A DNA stretch of 64,000 bases. Source: Acidobacteriota bacterium (GTDB taxonomy: Bacteria; Acidobacteriota; Vicinamibacteria; Vicinamibacterales; CAVVIG01). The notes beneath the pieces were generated by a model. The model had not been told where the DNA came from. It searched no databases and worked only from the letters and a program-made list of their open reading frames with translations. The stretch lies in the NCBI GenBank assembly GCA_046726355.1, contig JBKPAI010000070.1, positions 22,637 to 86,636 on the forward strand. The letters are read 5' to 3'. The position numbers and the translations under genes are program-made. Below are positions 29,383 through 37,661 of this stretch, piece by piece. Within the stretch, counting starts at the first letter, position 1; each line of letters begins with the position of its first letter.

Positions 29383-29473
29383 AAACCACGGAGGACGCAG
29401 AGGACGCTGAGGTTCCCTCTGAGGATGTAACCTCCGTGTCCTCCGTCCTCCGCTCCGTCCTCCGTGGCTGGTT
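29383..29473. repeat. hairpin array (CCACGGAGG / CCTCCGTGG units) in convergent spacer
   Basis: ccacggagg acgcagagg acgctgagg ttccctctg aggatgtaa cctccgtgt cctccgtcc tccgctccg tcctccgtgg. It is a likely bidirectional terminator between the Gfo/Idh/MocA and MetE-like genes. Confidence 0.7.
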
Positions 29474-29477
29474 GTCG

Positions 29478-30689
29478 TTATGTGTTCAACACCGCCGACT
29501 TCGGCACGATGTCGATCTGCAGCGCCGGGTCGGCCGCGGGCACGTAGGTCGGCGCGAGGCCGAGCTCCTTCCGGACGATATTGCAGCCCTGAGCGATGGC
29601 GGTCGCCTTGTAAAAGGCGATCTCGCGGTTGCAGCCCTGGCGGCCAAAGCCACAATCGCTGGACACGATCAGTTGCTCGGGCGCGATGTACTTCAGCGCG
29701 GTCCGGACGGCCTCGGCGACGTCGTCTGGCCGATCCGCCTGCAGAGCACGGTGGCTGACCGCGCCAATGCAGATCTTTTTCGGCAGCCGGCCCTTGTGCC
29801 CGCCGAACAACTCGATGTCCCGGAAGTTGCGGTCCTTCGTCTCGAGGGTCCAGACATCGCCCTTCATCTCGTTCAGGTACAGATCGAATGAGGCTCTGTA
29901 GCTGGTGTCCTCCATCACGCGCTGCATGTTCGGATTGCCCCAGCACGTGTGAATCCAGATCTCGACGTCGTCGAGGCCCTGCACCTCGCGGTTGTAGCAG
30001 TCGACCATGAACCGGACCTTTTCGTCCTTCGCTCCGAACGTATTGGCCATGAAGTGCAGCGTCGGCTCTTCGATCTGAATCGAACGGCAGCCGGCGTCGC
30101 GCAGCGCCAGCAGCTCCGTGTTCATGGCGACAGCCATGTCCCAGACGACCTCGCGGCTGTCCTTGTACTTGTTGGTGTGGATATCGAGGAACAGTCCCAT
30201 CACCTGCGAACAGCAGGTGCCGAAGCGAACCGGCTTGCGCGACTTGCTCTGGGCAATCCGCCAGATCTTGGCGTAGTCGAGCGGCCGGTGCTCGATCCTG
30301 CCGGTCACCCGGGGCCAGCGCCAGGCGGTATAGATCTCGTTGAGCAGCGTACCGGGCGGATAGCGCAGCCACGGGCTCCGCGTCTCTTCCGACTGCAGAT
30401 GGTCGCCGTCGAACCCGGCCCACCGCTGCAGCGGATAGTGGTGCCAGCTCCGGCCGCCGAAGTCCTCGTCGCAATGGAAGTCGCCGTGGGTGAGGAGGTC
30501 GAGCCCGGCTCGTTCCTCGTCGCCGATCACCACCGCGAGCGCGTCCTGAAATTTCTCGCGGAAGCGGACGTCCATCATGCAGGTGTCGAGCGGCCTGCCC
30601 CACATGCTGGTGTCGAACCATCGCGGCCGCGGCCAGCTCCCGGTGACGGTGCTTGGCAGGATGACATCGTTCGTGACGGTGACAGCCAT
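29478..30689 (-). CDS. cobalamin-independent methionine synthase (MetE C-terminal domain)-like protein
   Basis: The start is taken at Met 229 of ORF 29478..31373 (MAVTVTNDVILPSTVTGSWPRPRWF). Zinc-ligand-like motifs IHTCWGN and VSSDCGFG are present. The upstream 228 codons of the tracked ORF run through a repeat element and look non-coding. Confidence 0.8.
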   Translation of the reverse strand: MAVTVTNDVILPSTVTGSWPRPRWFDTSMWGRPLDTCMMDVRFREKFQDALAVVIGDEERAGLDLLTHGDFHCDEDFGGRSWHHYPLQRWAGFDGDHLQSEETRSPWLRYPPGTLLNEIYTAWRWPRVTGRIEHRPLDYAKIWRIAQSKSRKPVRFGTCCSQVMGLFLDIHTNKYKDSREVVWDMAVAMNTELLALRDAGCRSIQIEEPTLHFMANTFGAKDEKVRFMVDCYNREVQGLDDVEIWIHTCWGNPNMQRVMEDTSYRASFDLYLNEMKGDVWTLETKDRNFRDIELFGGHKGRLPKKICIGAVSHRALQADRPDDVAEAVRTALKYIAPEQLIVSSDCGFGRQGCNREIAFYKATAIAQGCNIVRKELGLAPTYVPAADPALQIDIVPKSAVLNT

Positions 30690-30726
30690 GCGCCCCCCGC
30701 CCGGGATCCTACTTCCAACCAGCGGC

Positions 30727-30823
30727 CGAAAAAAATCGGCGGGCGGCCTCTCGTAGCGCGGGCCTTCAGGCCTGCATGACGGCGGCCGGGAGCCCTGAAG
30801 GGCTGCGCTACAGCCGATTTTCG
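30727..30823. repeat. REP/MITE-like palindromic element, family 1 (AAAATCGGC ... GGGCCTTCAGGCCTGC ... GCCCTGAAGGGCTGC ... GCCGATTTT)
   Basis: It was read directly. It is roughly 85% identical by eye over about 85 nt to 62717-62801. Confidence 0.75.
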
Positions 30824-30905
30824 AAGTCCGATTGCACGCAAATCTCTCAGTGGCCGGCTGTCGGAGTTGACCCGGCGGTCGATACGGAGGCAAGATCGAC
30901 GCTCG

Positions 30906-31268
30906 ATGCCTCGTCGTGCACTGGGTCACGCAGCGTGCATCTGGTTGGTGTGGCAGCTGTCCGTCATCGCAAGCACGCTCGTGACGGACGTGAGGGCGAC
31001 ACACACGGCCACGGGTCTGAAGTGTCAGTGTTCCCACGGACCCGGCGCGGTCTGTCCCATGCACAAGACGCCGGCGGATCGTACGAAATGTGCCATCCGT
31101 AGTGCGACTCACGACGATTCGGCGCTGGTCGCGCTCCTTGGGCCAATCGGGCTCGTGAAATCGTCTGTCATCGCCGTCACCCTCGACGACAGTTCGCCCG
31201 CCGATCGACACACCCGGATTGCCTTCGATCGCCCGCTCGCTCCAGACATTCCTCCTCCTCGCACCTGA
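30906..31268 (+). CDS. small hypothetical membrane-anchored Cys/His-motif protein
   Basis: Met 14 of ORF 30867..31268. One hydrophobic helix (AACIWLVWQLSVIASTLV) is followed by CQCSHGPGAVCPMHKTPADRTKC. Third-position G+C is about 70% by my hand count, moderately supportive of coding. It lies directly upstream of a TonB-dependent receptor. Confidence 0.4.
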   Translation: MPRRALGHAACIWLVWQLSVIASTLVTDVRATHTATGLKCQCSHGPGAVCPMHKTPADRTKCAIRSATHDDSALVALLGPIGLVKSSVIAVTLDDSSPADRHTRIAFDRPLAPDIPPPRT

Positions 31269-31426
31269 CCCGCCAACCGGCCCGTTCGTGTCCGGCGGAC
31301 TCGATGGGTCCGTCACGCGCTTCACGCGTATTGCCGCCGTCTGCTGCGGCTGTTCGCGCAGCTCCGCGGTCATTCGGGCTGAAGTCCGTTGGTTTACTGT
31401 CCGTCAGCGCGGTCGTGGGAGGAAAG

Positions 31427-33796
31427 ATGCGTTCGAAGGCATCGTTCGTTTTCGGGAGTATTGTCGCAATCGTTTTCGGTACGGGCATCGCACCGGCTCA
31501 TGCCCAGAGTGAGGCCATTATCCGGGGGCAGCTCGTCGCGCAGGCCGATGGATCCGCACTCGTTCGCGGCACGGTGACGCTGAAGTCGATTGCCACCGGC
31601 ATCTCGATACCAGCCTCGGTCGACGCCTCCGGGCGCTTCGCTTTTTCAAATATCAGTCCGGGAGAGTACGTGCTCATAGGTTCGTCCGAAGGCTTTTCGA
31701 ACCGTGACGTGCGCCTGATCCTGGAGCCGCGCGAGCGTCGAACCGTGACGATTCCGCTCGAAGTCGCAGGTATTGCGGTAGACGTCAGTGTCACCGGCGA
31801 ACTGACGCAGCTTCCAGGCATGCACTCACCGAGCTCCACGGTCTTGACGGCAGAGCGCCTCGAGAGACTGCCGGTGTCGCAGCGATCCGGGCTTCCTGAC
31901 GCGATCGTCACGGCAGCCCCCGGCATGATCCGCGGCCACGACGACTTCGTGCACATCCGCGGCGAGGAAGTCGCGTTGAACCCTGTCATCAACGGCGTCG
32001 CATTCTGGGAGAACGCGCACGCGGCGTTCTCGGCGGGCCTGAGCGCCGACGTCATCCAGACGGCGAACGTGATGACGGGCGGTTTCCCGGCGGAGTACGG
32101 GAACCGGTTCGGCGGCGTCGTCGACATCGTGACCAAGTCCGGTCTGGGCATGGACAACCGCGGCACGATCACCGTGAGTGGCGGTGGCGCCGGACGGCGG
32201 ACTGTCTTCGGCGACTTCGGCGGCCACGGCAATCGGATCGGGTATTACGCATTCGGCTCGATGTTCAACTCGGATCGGTTCCTGAGTCCTCCCGCTCCGG
32301 AAGCGATTCACGACCACGCGAGCGGCGGCCATGCGCTCTTTCAACTCGACGACAACCTCGGGGCAACGGGGCTGCTGCGCGCTGTCGTGATGGGGGACGG
32401 CGCCAGCCTTCAGATTCCGAAAACTCCGGCTGACGTCGAATTGCGCCCGCAAGCCGAGGCCAGTCAACGTACGCGGCAACAGACCGCCATCGTGGGCTGG
32501 ACGCGCGCCTGGTCCGATCTGACCGTGGGCGCCACGTTCTATCAACGGTCGTCGCGGTCAGAGCTTCTGCCGGCAACCGGCCCTCTCACGGCGGAGGCGT
32601 CGCAGACGCGCGAGCTCGTGACAGTCGGCGGTAAAGCAGACGTGATGCAGTTCATCGGGTCACATGCGATCAAGGCGGGGGTCGATGTGGTCCGGCTTCG
32701 GCCCGATGAAAACCTGGCCTACAACTACGCCGGGTTCCGTGATTTCGCCCATCTCGCGGGCCTGCCGCACATTCACATCACCGATAACAGAATAGACTTG
32801 GCGGGCCACGAATCCGGAGGTCAGGTCAGCGGCTATGTCCAGGACGATATTCGCCTGAGTGAACGGGTGACCGCCGACGTAGGCGTGCGGGTCGATCGCT
32901 ACAATCTGCTGTTGTCAACGACGCACGCGAGCCCGCGCGTGAATCTGGCGGTTCGCGCGGGCGGTGGCGCGGTCGTACACGCCTCCTACAATCACTACTT
33001 CGTGCCGCCACCGATCGAGGGCGTGCTGTCGAGCGGTGCCGGGTTGACGGTGCGCCTTCGAGAGATCGGCATTGGTTTGCCTCCGGTGCAGCCCACCACG
33101 GAAAATCAGTTCGAGCTGGGCGCGGCAGCACCAGCCGGCCCGCTACAGCTCGGGCTCACCGGGTACTATCGCGCGAGCGACAACCCGGTCCACACGACGG
33201 TGTGGCCGGACTCGCGCATCTATTCGTACGCGAGCTTCGACCGCGCACGCGCGTACGGCGTCGAGGCGAAGGCGGAAATTCCGCGTCTGATCCGTTACGG
33301 CGTGACCGGCTACTTCAACTACGCTCTCGGCCGAGTCTATTTCTTCAACCCCGTTACCGGCGGGTTCGTGACGGAAGGGGAACACCTCGAGGAGACCAGT
33401 CGTTTTCTCGCGCCGATGGACCAGACGCACACGCTGACCGGCGGCCTGACGTACCGCCACTCGACGACAGGCCTCTGGATCGGTACCGGAGTCGAGTACG
33501 GGAGCGGCACACCGATGGAGCACGGCGGACACGATGACGACCCGGCGGAGGGCGCCGACCATACCCACGCGACAGCCTCGGGAACTGCGGCGAGAGTCCC
33601 CGGACATTTCACGGCCAATATCTCGTTCGGGATCGACGTGCGGCACGGAACCAGTCGCCGCCCGCGGTTGTCGTTTCAAATCGACATCGAGAATGTCGGG
33701 GACACTCCGTATCTCGTCGCCCGGGAAGGCGAGTTCACGCCGGGACAGTACTCTATTCCGCGTTTGCTCGCGGCAACGGCCAAGCTGCGGTTTTAG
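31427..33796 (+). CDS. TonB-dependent receptor (carboxypeptidase-regulatory-like N-terminus, about 790 aa)
   Basis: Met 42 of ORF 31304..33796 follows GGAGGAAAG. Signal MRSKASFVFGSIVAIVFGTGIAPAHAQ. ASGRFAFSNISPGEYVL is present, with plug motif FPAEYGNRFGGVVDIVTKSG. There is a His/Asp-rich loop MEHGGHDDDPAEGADHTH. It ends LLAATAKLRF. Confidence 0.8.
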   Translation: MRSKASFVFGSIVAIVFGTGIAPAHAQSEAIIRGQLVAQADGSALVRGTVTLKSIATGISIPASVDASGRFAFSNISPGEYVLIGSSEGFSNRDVRLILEPRERRTVTIPLEVAGIAVDVSVTGELTQLPGMHSPSSTVLTAERLERLPVSQRSGLPDAIVTAAPGMIRGHDDFVHIRGEEVALNPVINGVAFWENAHAAFSAGLSADVIQTANVMTGGFPAEYGNRFGGVVDIVTKSGLGMDNRGTITVSGGGAGRRTVFGDFGGHGNRIGYYAFGSMFNSDRFLSPPAPEAIHDHASGGHALFQLDDNLGATGLLRAVVMGDGASLQIPKTPADVELRPQAEASQRTRQQTAIVGWTRAWSDLTVGATFYQRSSRSELLPATGPLTAEASQTRELVTVGGKADVMQFIGSHAIKAGVDVVRLRPDENLAYNYAGFRDFAHLAGLPHIHITDNRIDLAGHESGGQVSGYVQDDIRLSERVTADVGVRVDRYNLLLSTTHASPRVNLAVRAGGGAVVHASYNHYFVPPPIEGVLSSGAGLTVRLREIGIGLPPVQPTTENQFELGAAAPAGPLQLGLTGYYRASDNPVHTTVWPDSRIYSYASFDRARAYGVEAKAEIPRLIRYGVTGYFNYALGRVYFFNPVTGGFVTEGEHLEETSRFLAPMDQTHTLTGGLTYRHSTTGLWIGTGVEYGSGTPMEHGGHDDDPAEGADHTHATASGTAARVPGHFTANISFGIDVRHGTSRRPRLSFQIDIENVGDTPYLVAREGEFTPGQYSIPRLLAATAKLRF

Positions 33797-33842
33797 GTCG
33801 CCGCCGCTCCTAGCATTCGGCCGGCGATGCATCCGCGCTCCA

Positions 33843-33872
33843 CCCCAACGCGTTGGGAAACACGCGTTGGGG
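33843..33872. terminator. perfect 10-bp stem hairpin (CCCCAACGCG-N10-CGCGTTGGGG) between convergent receptor genes
   Basis: It was read directly, 47 nt after the stop at 33796. There is no U-tract, so terminator function is inferred only from its position. Confidence 0.35.
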
Positions 33873-34031
33873 ACCCCGGGGCTGACTGCGTTGCTCCTCC
33901 CTCACATATGGACGATAGGCTCGGTCGTCACGCCTGGCCAGCGCGGCGCCTCGCCGCCCTCGGTGCGACGCTGGAGTTTCACCAGGGACTGCTAGCCAGA
34001 TAGCGCAAAGCCAGCAGGCAACCAACTACTG

Positions 34032-34066
34032 TTTTCACTTTGCGACCTTCGCGGTCTTTGCCTTCA
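34032..34066 (-). repeat. 9-nt array, family A (complement: CACTTTGCG ACCTTCGCG GTCTTTGCC), single arm
   Basis: It lies 17 nt downstream of the minus-strand receptor stop. On the gene's sense strand it reads gaaggcaaagaccgcgaaggtcgcaaagtg. Confidence 0.6.
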
Positions 34067-34082
34067 ATCGTAATTTCGATCG

Positions 34083-37000
34083 CTAGAAGTTGAGACGCAG
34101 CGCGAACTGGATCTGCCGGCTGGTGCCGAGACCCACGGTCCGTCCAACCGTGCTCTGAAGCTGACCGAACGTGGCGGCTGCCGCCGGCGTGTAGGCCTGG
34201 CCCGGCTGCACCTTGTTTGCCTCGGCCAGGCTGTTGCTCGGAAGCGCATTGGGCAGCGTCGCGGCCGGATTCGCGAAGTTGTCGAAGTTGAACAGGTTGA
34301 ACACCTCAAACCGGAACTCCACGTTTCTTTCGCCGGCGAGCAACACACGCTTCGACAACATCAGATCGACCTGCCTGAAGTTCGGACCGTGGAGCGATCC
34401 CCGTTCCAGGTTGCCATACGTGCCCGGCTGCGGCGTCGCAAACGCCGCCGGGTTCAGAAACAACAGGCCGCCACTCTGGACGAACGGATCTGCGCCCGGC
34501 ACGAGGTCCGGACGACGGACGTTGCGCGAGGCGCCGCCGTTCGGCGTATTGATGACGGCGGTGCGTCCCGCGGCGGCGTTGTTGAACACGTTTCCAGCCC
34601 CATCAACGTAGACGATGTCCGGCCGCGTGATGCGAACGTCGACAGGCAGCCCGCTCCGTGCGTTCACGATGCCGCCGACGTCCCAGTTGCCCAGCACGGC
34701 ACCGGCGACACCGCTGCCGGGATTTCTGCGCCCGCGGCCGTACGGGATTGAGTAGAGCGCACTGAAGTTGAACGTATGCCGGACGTCGAACGCGTTGTAT
34801 CCGAGGTCGTAGTCGTACTCCTGCAGCGTCTGCGCCGCGTTGCCGACCGTCAGCGCCTCGTTCGAGCCGCTCGTGTTCCCGAAGCTCCGCGAGAGCGTGT
34901 ACTGGGCGTTCAAGGAAAGGCCGCTGGCCGAGCGGCGCGACAAGCCAAGCTGCATCGCGTTGTAGCTGTCGTGGCCGCCGCTGGTCTTCGTATCGATTTC
35001 GGCAAACGGGTTCTGCACGCCGGTGACGGTGCCGCCGGCATCGCGCTGCACGATCGAGAACTTGCGGATGACGAACGCGGCGCTCGCGGGATTCGGGTTG
35101 GTCACCACCTCGACGATCGGATTGGCAATGCTGCGCAGGAAGAGATTGCGCCCCTGGGATCCCACGTAGGCCGCAGTCGCCACCAGGTTACGGCCGACCT
35201 CCTGCTGCACCGACCCCGTGTACTGCCAGATCCGCTCGGGGATGCGGTATTCGTTGCGATACGCCCGCGGCTGATATGCACGGTTGTTCGGATTGTTGAT
35301 GAAGGTGTTCGTGGCGACCGCCGAATCCAGCGGAAACGCCAGGTTCGCGCCCGAAGAGAGTGTCACGCTGACGCGATCCGAGTCAGCGATCGTCTGGATC
35401 TGGTCCTCGGTCTGACCCGGACCGACGAAGAGTCCGAATCCGCCGCGGACGACGGTTCGACCGGAGACCGCGTAGGTGGCGCCGACGCGCGGCTGGAAGT
35501 TCGTCGTCGTCGACAGCAGGACCGGCGTGGTCGGTGGATCGATGATTCCAGTATCGACGTTGAACTTGACCTGAAGATTGTTCGCTTCGCGCGGCACCGT
35601 GTAGTAGTCGTAGCGGACGCCGTAGTTCAACGTGAATTTCGGGGTGGCGTGCCATTCGTCCTGGGCATAGCCGATGTAGTATTCCTGCTCGAAGTGACGC
35701 AGGCCGGTCGCGCCGTTGTTGAACACGCTCGGCGCGCTCTCGTCCCCGAGGAACTGAATGGTCGACGGCTGGTTCGCAAGAAACGCGTTCAGGTTCGTGA
35801 ACGCGTAGGTGGTTCCCCCGAGCCGGTCGGTAGAAATTCTGACGACACGAGCCTCGCCGCCGACCTTCAGATAATGATTGCCACGCAACGAGCTCAATGA
35901 ATCGATGAGTGACAGCGTGTACGGATCGTACGGCTGGGCGCGGCCATTCTGCGCGCTGTTCGATCGAACCAGGCCGCCCGGCACCGTGATGCCCGAGTTG
36001 GCGCCCTGACCGGCAATGCCGTTGTTCGCGACCGAACCCGTCAGGTTGATGATCATGGTGGAAAGGTCGACGCCATTGACCGACTGGACGTCGCCGCGAA
36101 TCTCGGTCGGCGCGGCGTTGTACCCGACTTTGAACTCGTTCGTGGTTCTGTCGGACAAGATGCCTTGCAGATTGAACACCGCATTGCGCGGCTTTGCTTC
36201 GGTATGGACGACACGGCCTGATACGCTGTCCGGCTGATCGCTGATGCCGCGATCACCGAACACGCGGACGTAGCTCGACCAGCGATTCGTCAGCTTGAAA
36301 TCGAAGCGGCCGCTGTAAGCATTCTCCTGGACCTCCGCGGGAGTCTGGAGCTGCGCGATGTCGAAGTCGGGGTTCGTCGATTGTCCCGGCAGGATCACGG
36401 CGCCGGGGGCCAGGAATCCCGGACGCCACACGGCAATGGCCGGAACGGCCCGCGCCCAGGCCGCGGCGCTCGGCACGGCTTCCACGATGTTGACGCCGGC
36501 CTTCAACCGGTAGGCCTCGTAGCTGCCGAAGAAAAACGCCCGATTCCTGGCAATCGGGCCGCCCAGCGAACCTCCGAACTGGTTCTGCTTCAGCAACGAT
36601 TTCGGCAGTCCGGCGTGGGTATCGAAGAAGTTGGGGGCATCGAACTTGTCGCTGCGGAGGTACTCGAACGCCGAGCCGCGCAGGTTGTTGCTGCCCGACT
36701 TGGTGATGACGCTCACCTGGCCGCCGCTGCCGGTGCCGAACTCGGCGGGATAGGCGCTGGATTCCACGCGAAATTCCTGCACGTTCTCCAGGCTGGCCTG
36801 CAGCTTGAACGGTGTCGCCACCTCGCCGTTCAGATTTCCCGGCGCGGCGTCGATGATCGCGGACCCTTCGATGCCGTCGTAGCGAATCGCGTTCTGTTCC
36901 ACCGCCCGGCCGCTGAACCGGATGTCCTGCCAGGTGCCGGTTCCGGCATTGAGCGAACCGGGGGCCTGCAGCAGCAGCTGCGACATCTGGCGGCCATTGA

Positions 37001-37436
37001 CCGGCAGGTTGACCACGTCGCGCTCGCTGACGTTGGCGCCCATCCGAGCCGAGCTGAGGTCGAGAATCGGCGCCTGGCCGACAACGGTCACCGATTCCTG
37101 CACGCCCGCAGGCCGGAACTCGAAGTCGAGATGCAGCTCCTGTCCGACGGCGATCGGCAGCTGGGTATATTCGACGGCCGCGAACCCTTCCTTTGTGGCG
37201 CGCACCGTGTAGCTCGAGGGCTTGAGATTCGCGATCAAGAAAACACCCGTGTTGGACGTCGTCTGCGCGCGCTCCTCCCCCGTCCGTTCGTTCCTGACCG
37301 TCACGGTGGCTCCACCAACGAACCCGCCGGTGCTGTCGTGCACGGTGCCCGTGAACTTTCCCTGATCGGTTTGGGCGAAGCCGATCGCAGGCAGAGCGAC
37401 GACAAGCATCGCTGTCATCCAACGGTGCAATCTCAT
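34083..37436 (-). CDS. TonB-dependent receptor with carboxypeptidase-regulatory-like N-terminal domain
   Basis: 1117 aa. Signal MRLHRWMTAMLVVALPAIGFAQ. VTVRNERTGEERAQTTSNTGVFLIANLKPSSYTVRATKEGF is present, with YPAEFGTGSGGQVSVITKSGSN. It ends RQIQFALRLNF. Confidence 0.85.
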   Translation of the reverse strand: MRLHRWMTAMLVVALPAIGFAQTDQGKFTGTVHDSTGGFVGGATVTVRNERTGEERAQTTSNTGVFLIANLKPSSYTVRATKEGFAAVEYTQLPIAVGQELHLDFEFRPAGVQESVTVVGQAPILDLSSARMGANVSERDVVNLPVNGRQMSQLLLQAPGSLNAGTGTWQDIRFSGRAVEQNAIRYDGIEGSAIIDAAPGNLNGEVATPFKLQASLENVQEFRVESSAYPAEFGTGSGGQVSVITKSGSNNLRGSAFEYLRSDKFDAPNFFDTHAGLPKSLLKQNQFGGSLGGPIARNRAFFFGSYEAYRLKAGVNIVEAVPSAAAWARAVPAIAVWRPGFLAPGAVILPGQSTNPDFDIAQLQTPAEVQENAYSGRFDFKLTNRWSSYVRVFGDRGISDQPDSVSGRVVHTEAKPRNAVFNLQGILSDRTTNEFKVGYNAAPTEIRGDVQSVNGVDLSTMIINLTGSVANNGIAGQGANSGITVPGGLVRSNSAQNGRAQPYDPYTLSLIDSLSSLRGNHYLKVGGEARVVRISTDRLGGTTYAFTNLNAFLANQPSTIQFLGDESAPSVFNNGATGLRHFEQEYYIGYAQDEWHATPKFTLNYGVRYDYYTVPREANNLQVKFNVDTGIIDPPTTPVLLSTTTNFQPRVGATYAVSGRTVVRGGFGLFVGPGQTEDQIQTIADSDRVSVTLSSGANLAFPLDSAVATNTFINNPNNRAYQPRAYRNEYRIPERIWQYTGSVQQEVGRNLVATAAYVGSQGRNLFLRSIANPIVEVVTNPNPASAAFVIRKFSIVQRDAGGTVTGVQNPFAEIDTKTSGGHDSYNAMQLGLSRRSASGLSLNAQYTLSRSFGNTSGSNEALTVGNAAQTLQEYDYDLGYNAFDVRHTFNFSALYSIPYGRGRRNPGSGVAGAVLGNWDVGGIVNARSGLPVDVRITRPDIVYVDGAGNVFNNAAAGRTAVINTPNGGASRNVRRPDLVPGADPFVQSGGLLFLNPAAFATPQPGTYGNLERGSLHGPNFRQVDLMLSKRVLLAGERNVEFRFEVFNLFNFDNFANPAATLPNALPSNSLAEANKVQPGQAYTPAAAATFGQLQSTVGRTVGLGTSRQIQFALRLNF

Positions 37437-37530
37437 CTAGGTTCCTCCTCAGGCAGGCCGTCCCGAGGAGGATAGGTGCGGTACGTGACATCGCTGTGAC
37501 GCGGCAGTTAAGCCGGCGTAAAGGCATGAG

Positions 37531-37569
37531 GCGCTCTGGGCTTTGGGCTTTGGGCTTTTGGCTTTAGGC
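37531..37569. repeat. 7-8-nt array, family D (GGGCTTT units)
   Basis: gcgctctgggctttgggctttgggcttttggctttaggc. Its reverse complement shares agcccaaagcccaaagcc with 51530-51556. Confidence 0.7.
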
Positions 37570-37661
37570 TACCGGCTGATGGCCAACCCGGCGGAGTTGG
37601 AAAGCTGACCGGCCTGGCGAGCCGCTTCGGCGCCTTTGTCGTCGAGCGACACCCGTTTGCG

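Noticed and set aside
30690-31373. N-terminal 228-codon extension of the MetE-like ORF (29478..31373)
   Set aside because: The extension reads through the REP-like element at 30727-30823 and is Arg/Pro-rich. The conserved protein starts cleanly at MAVTVTN (30689).
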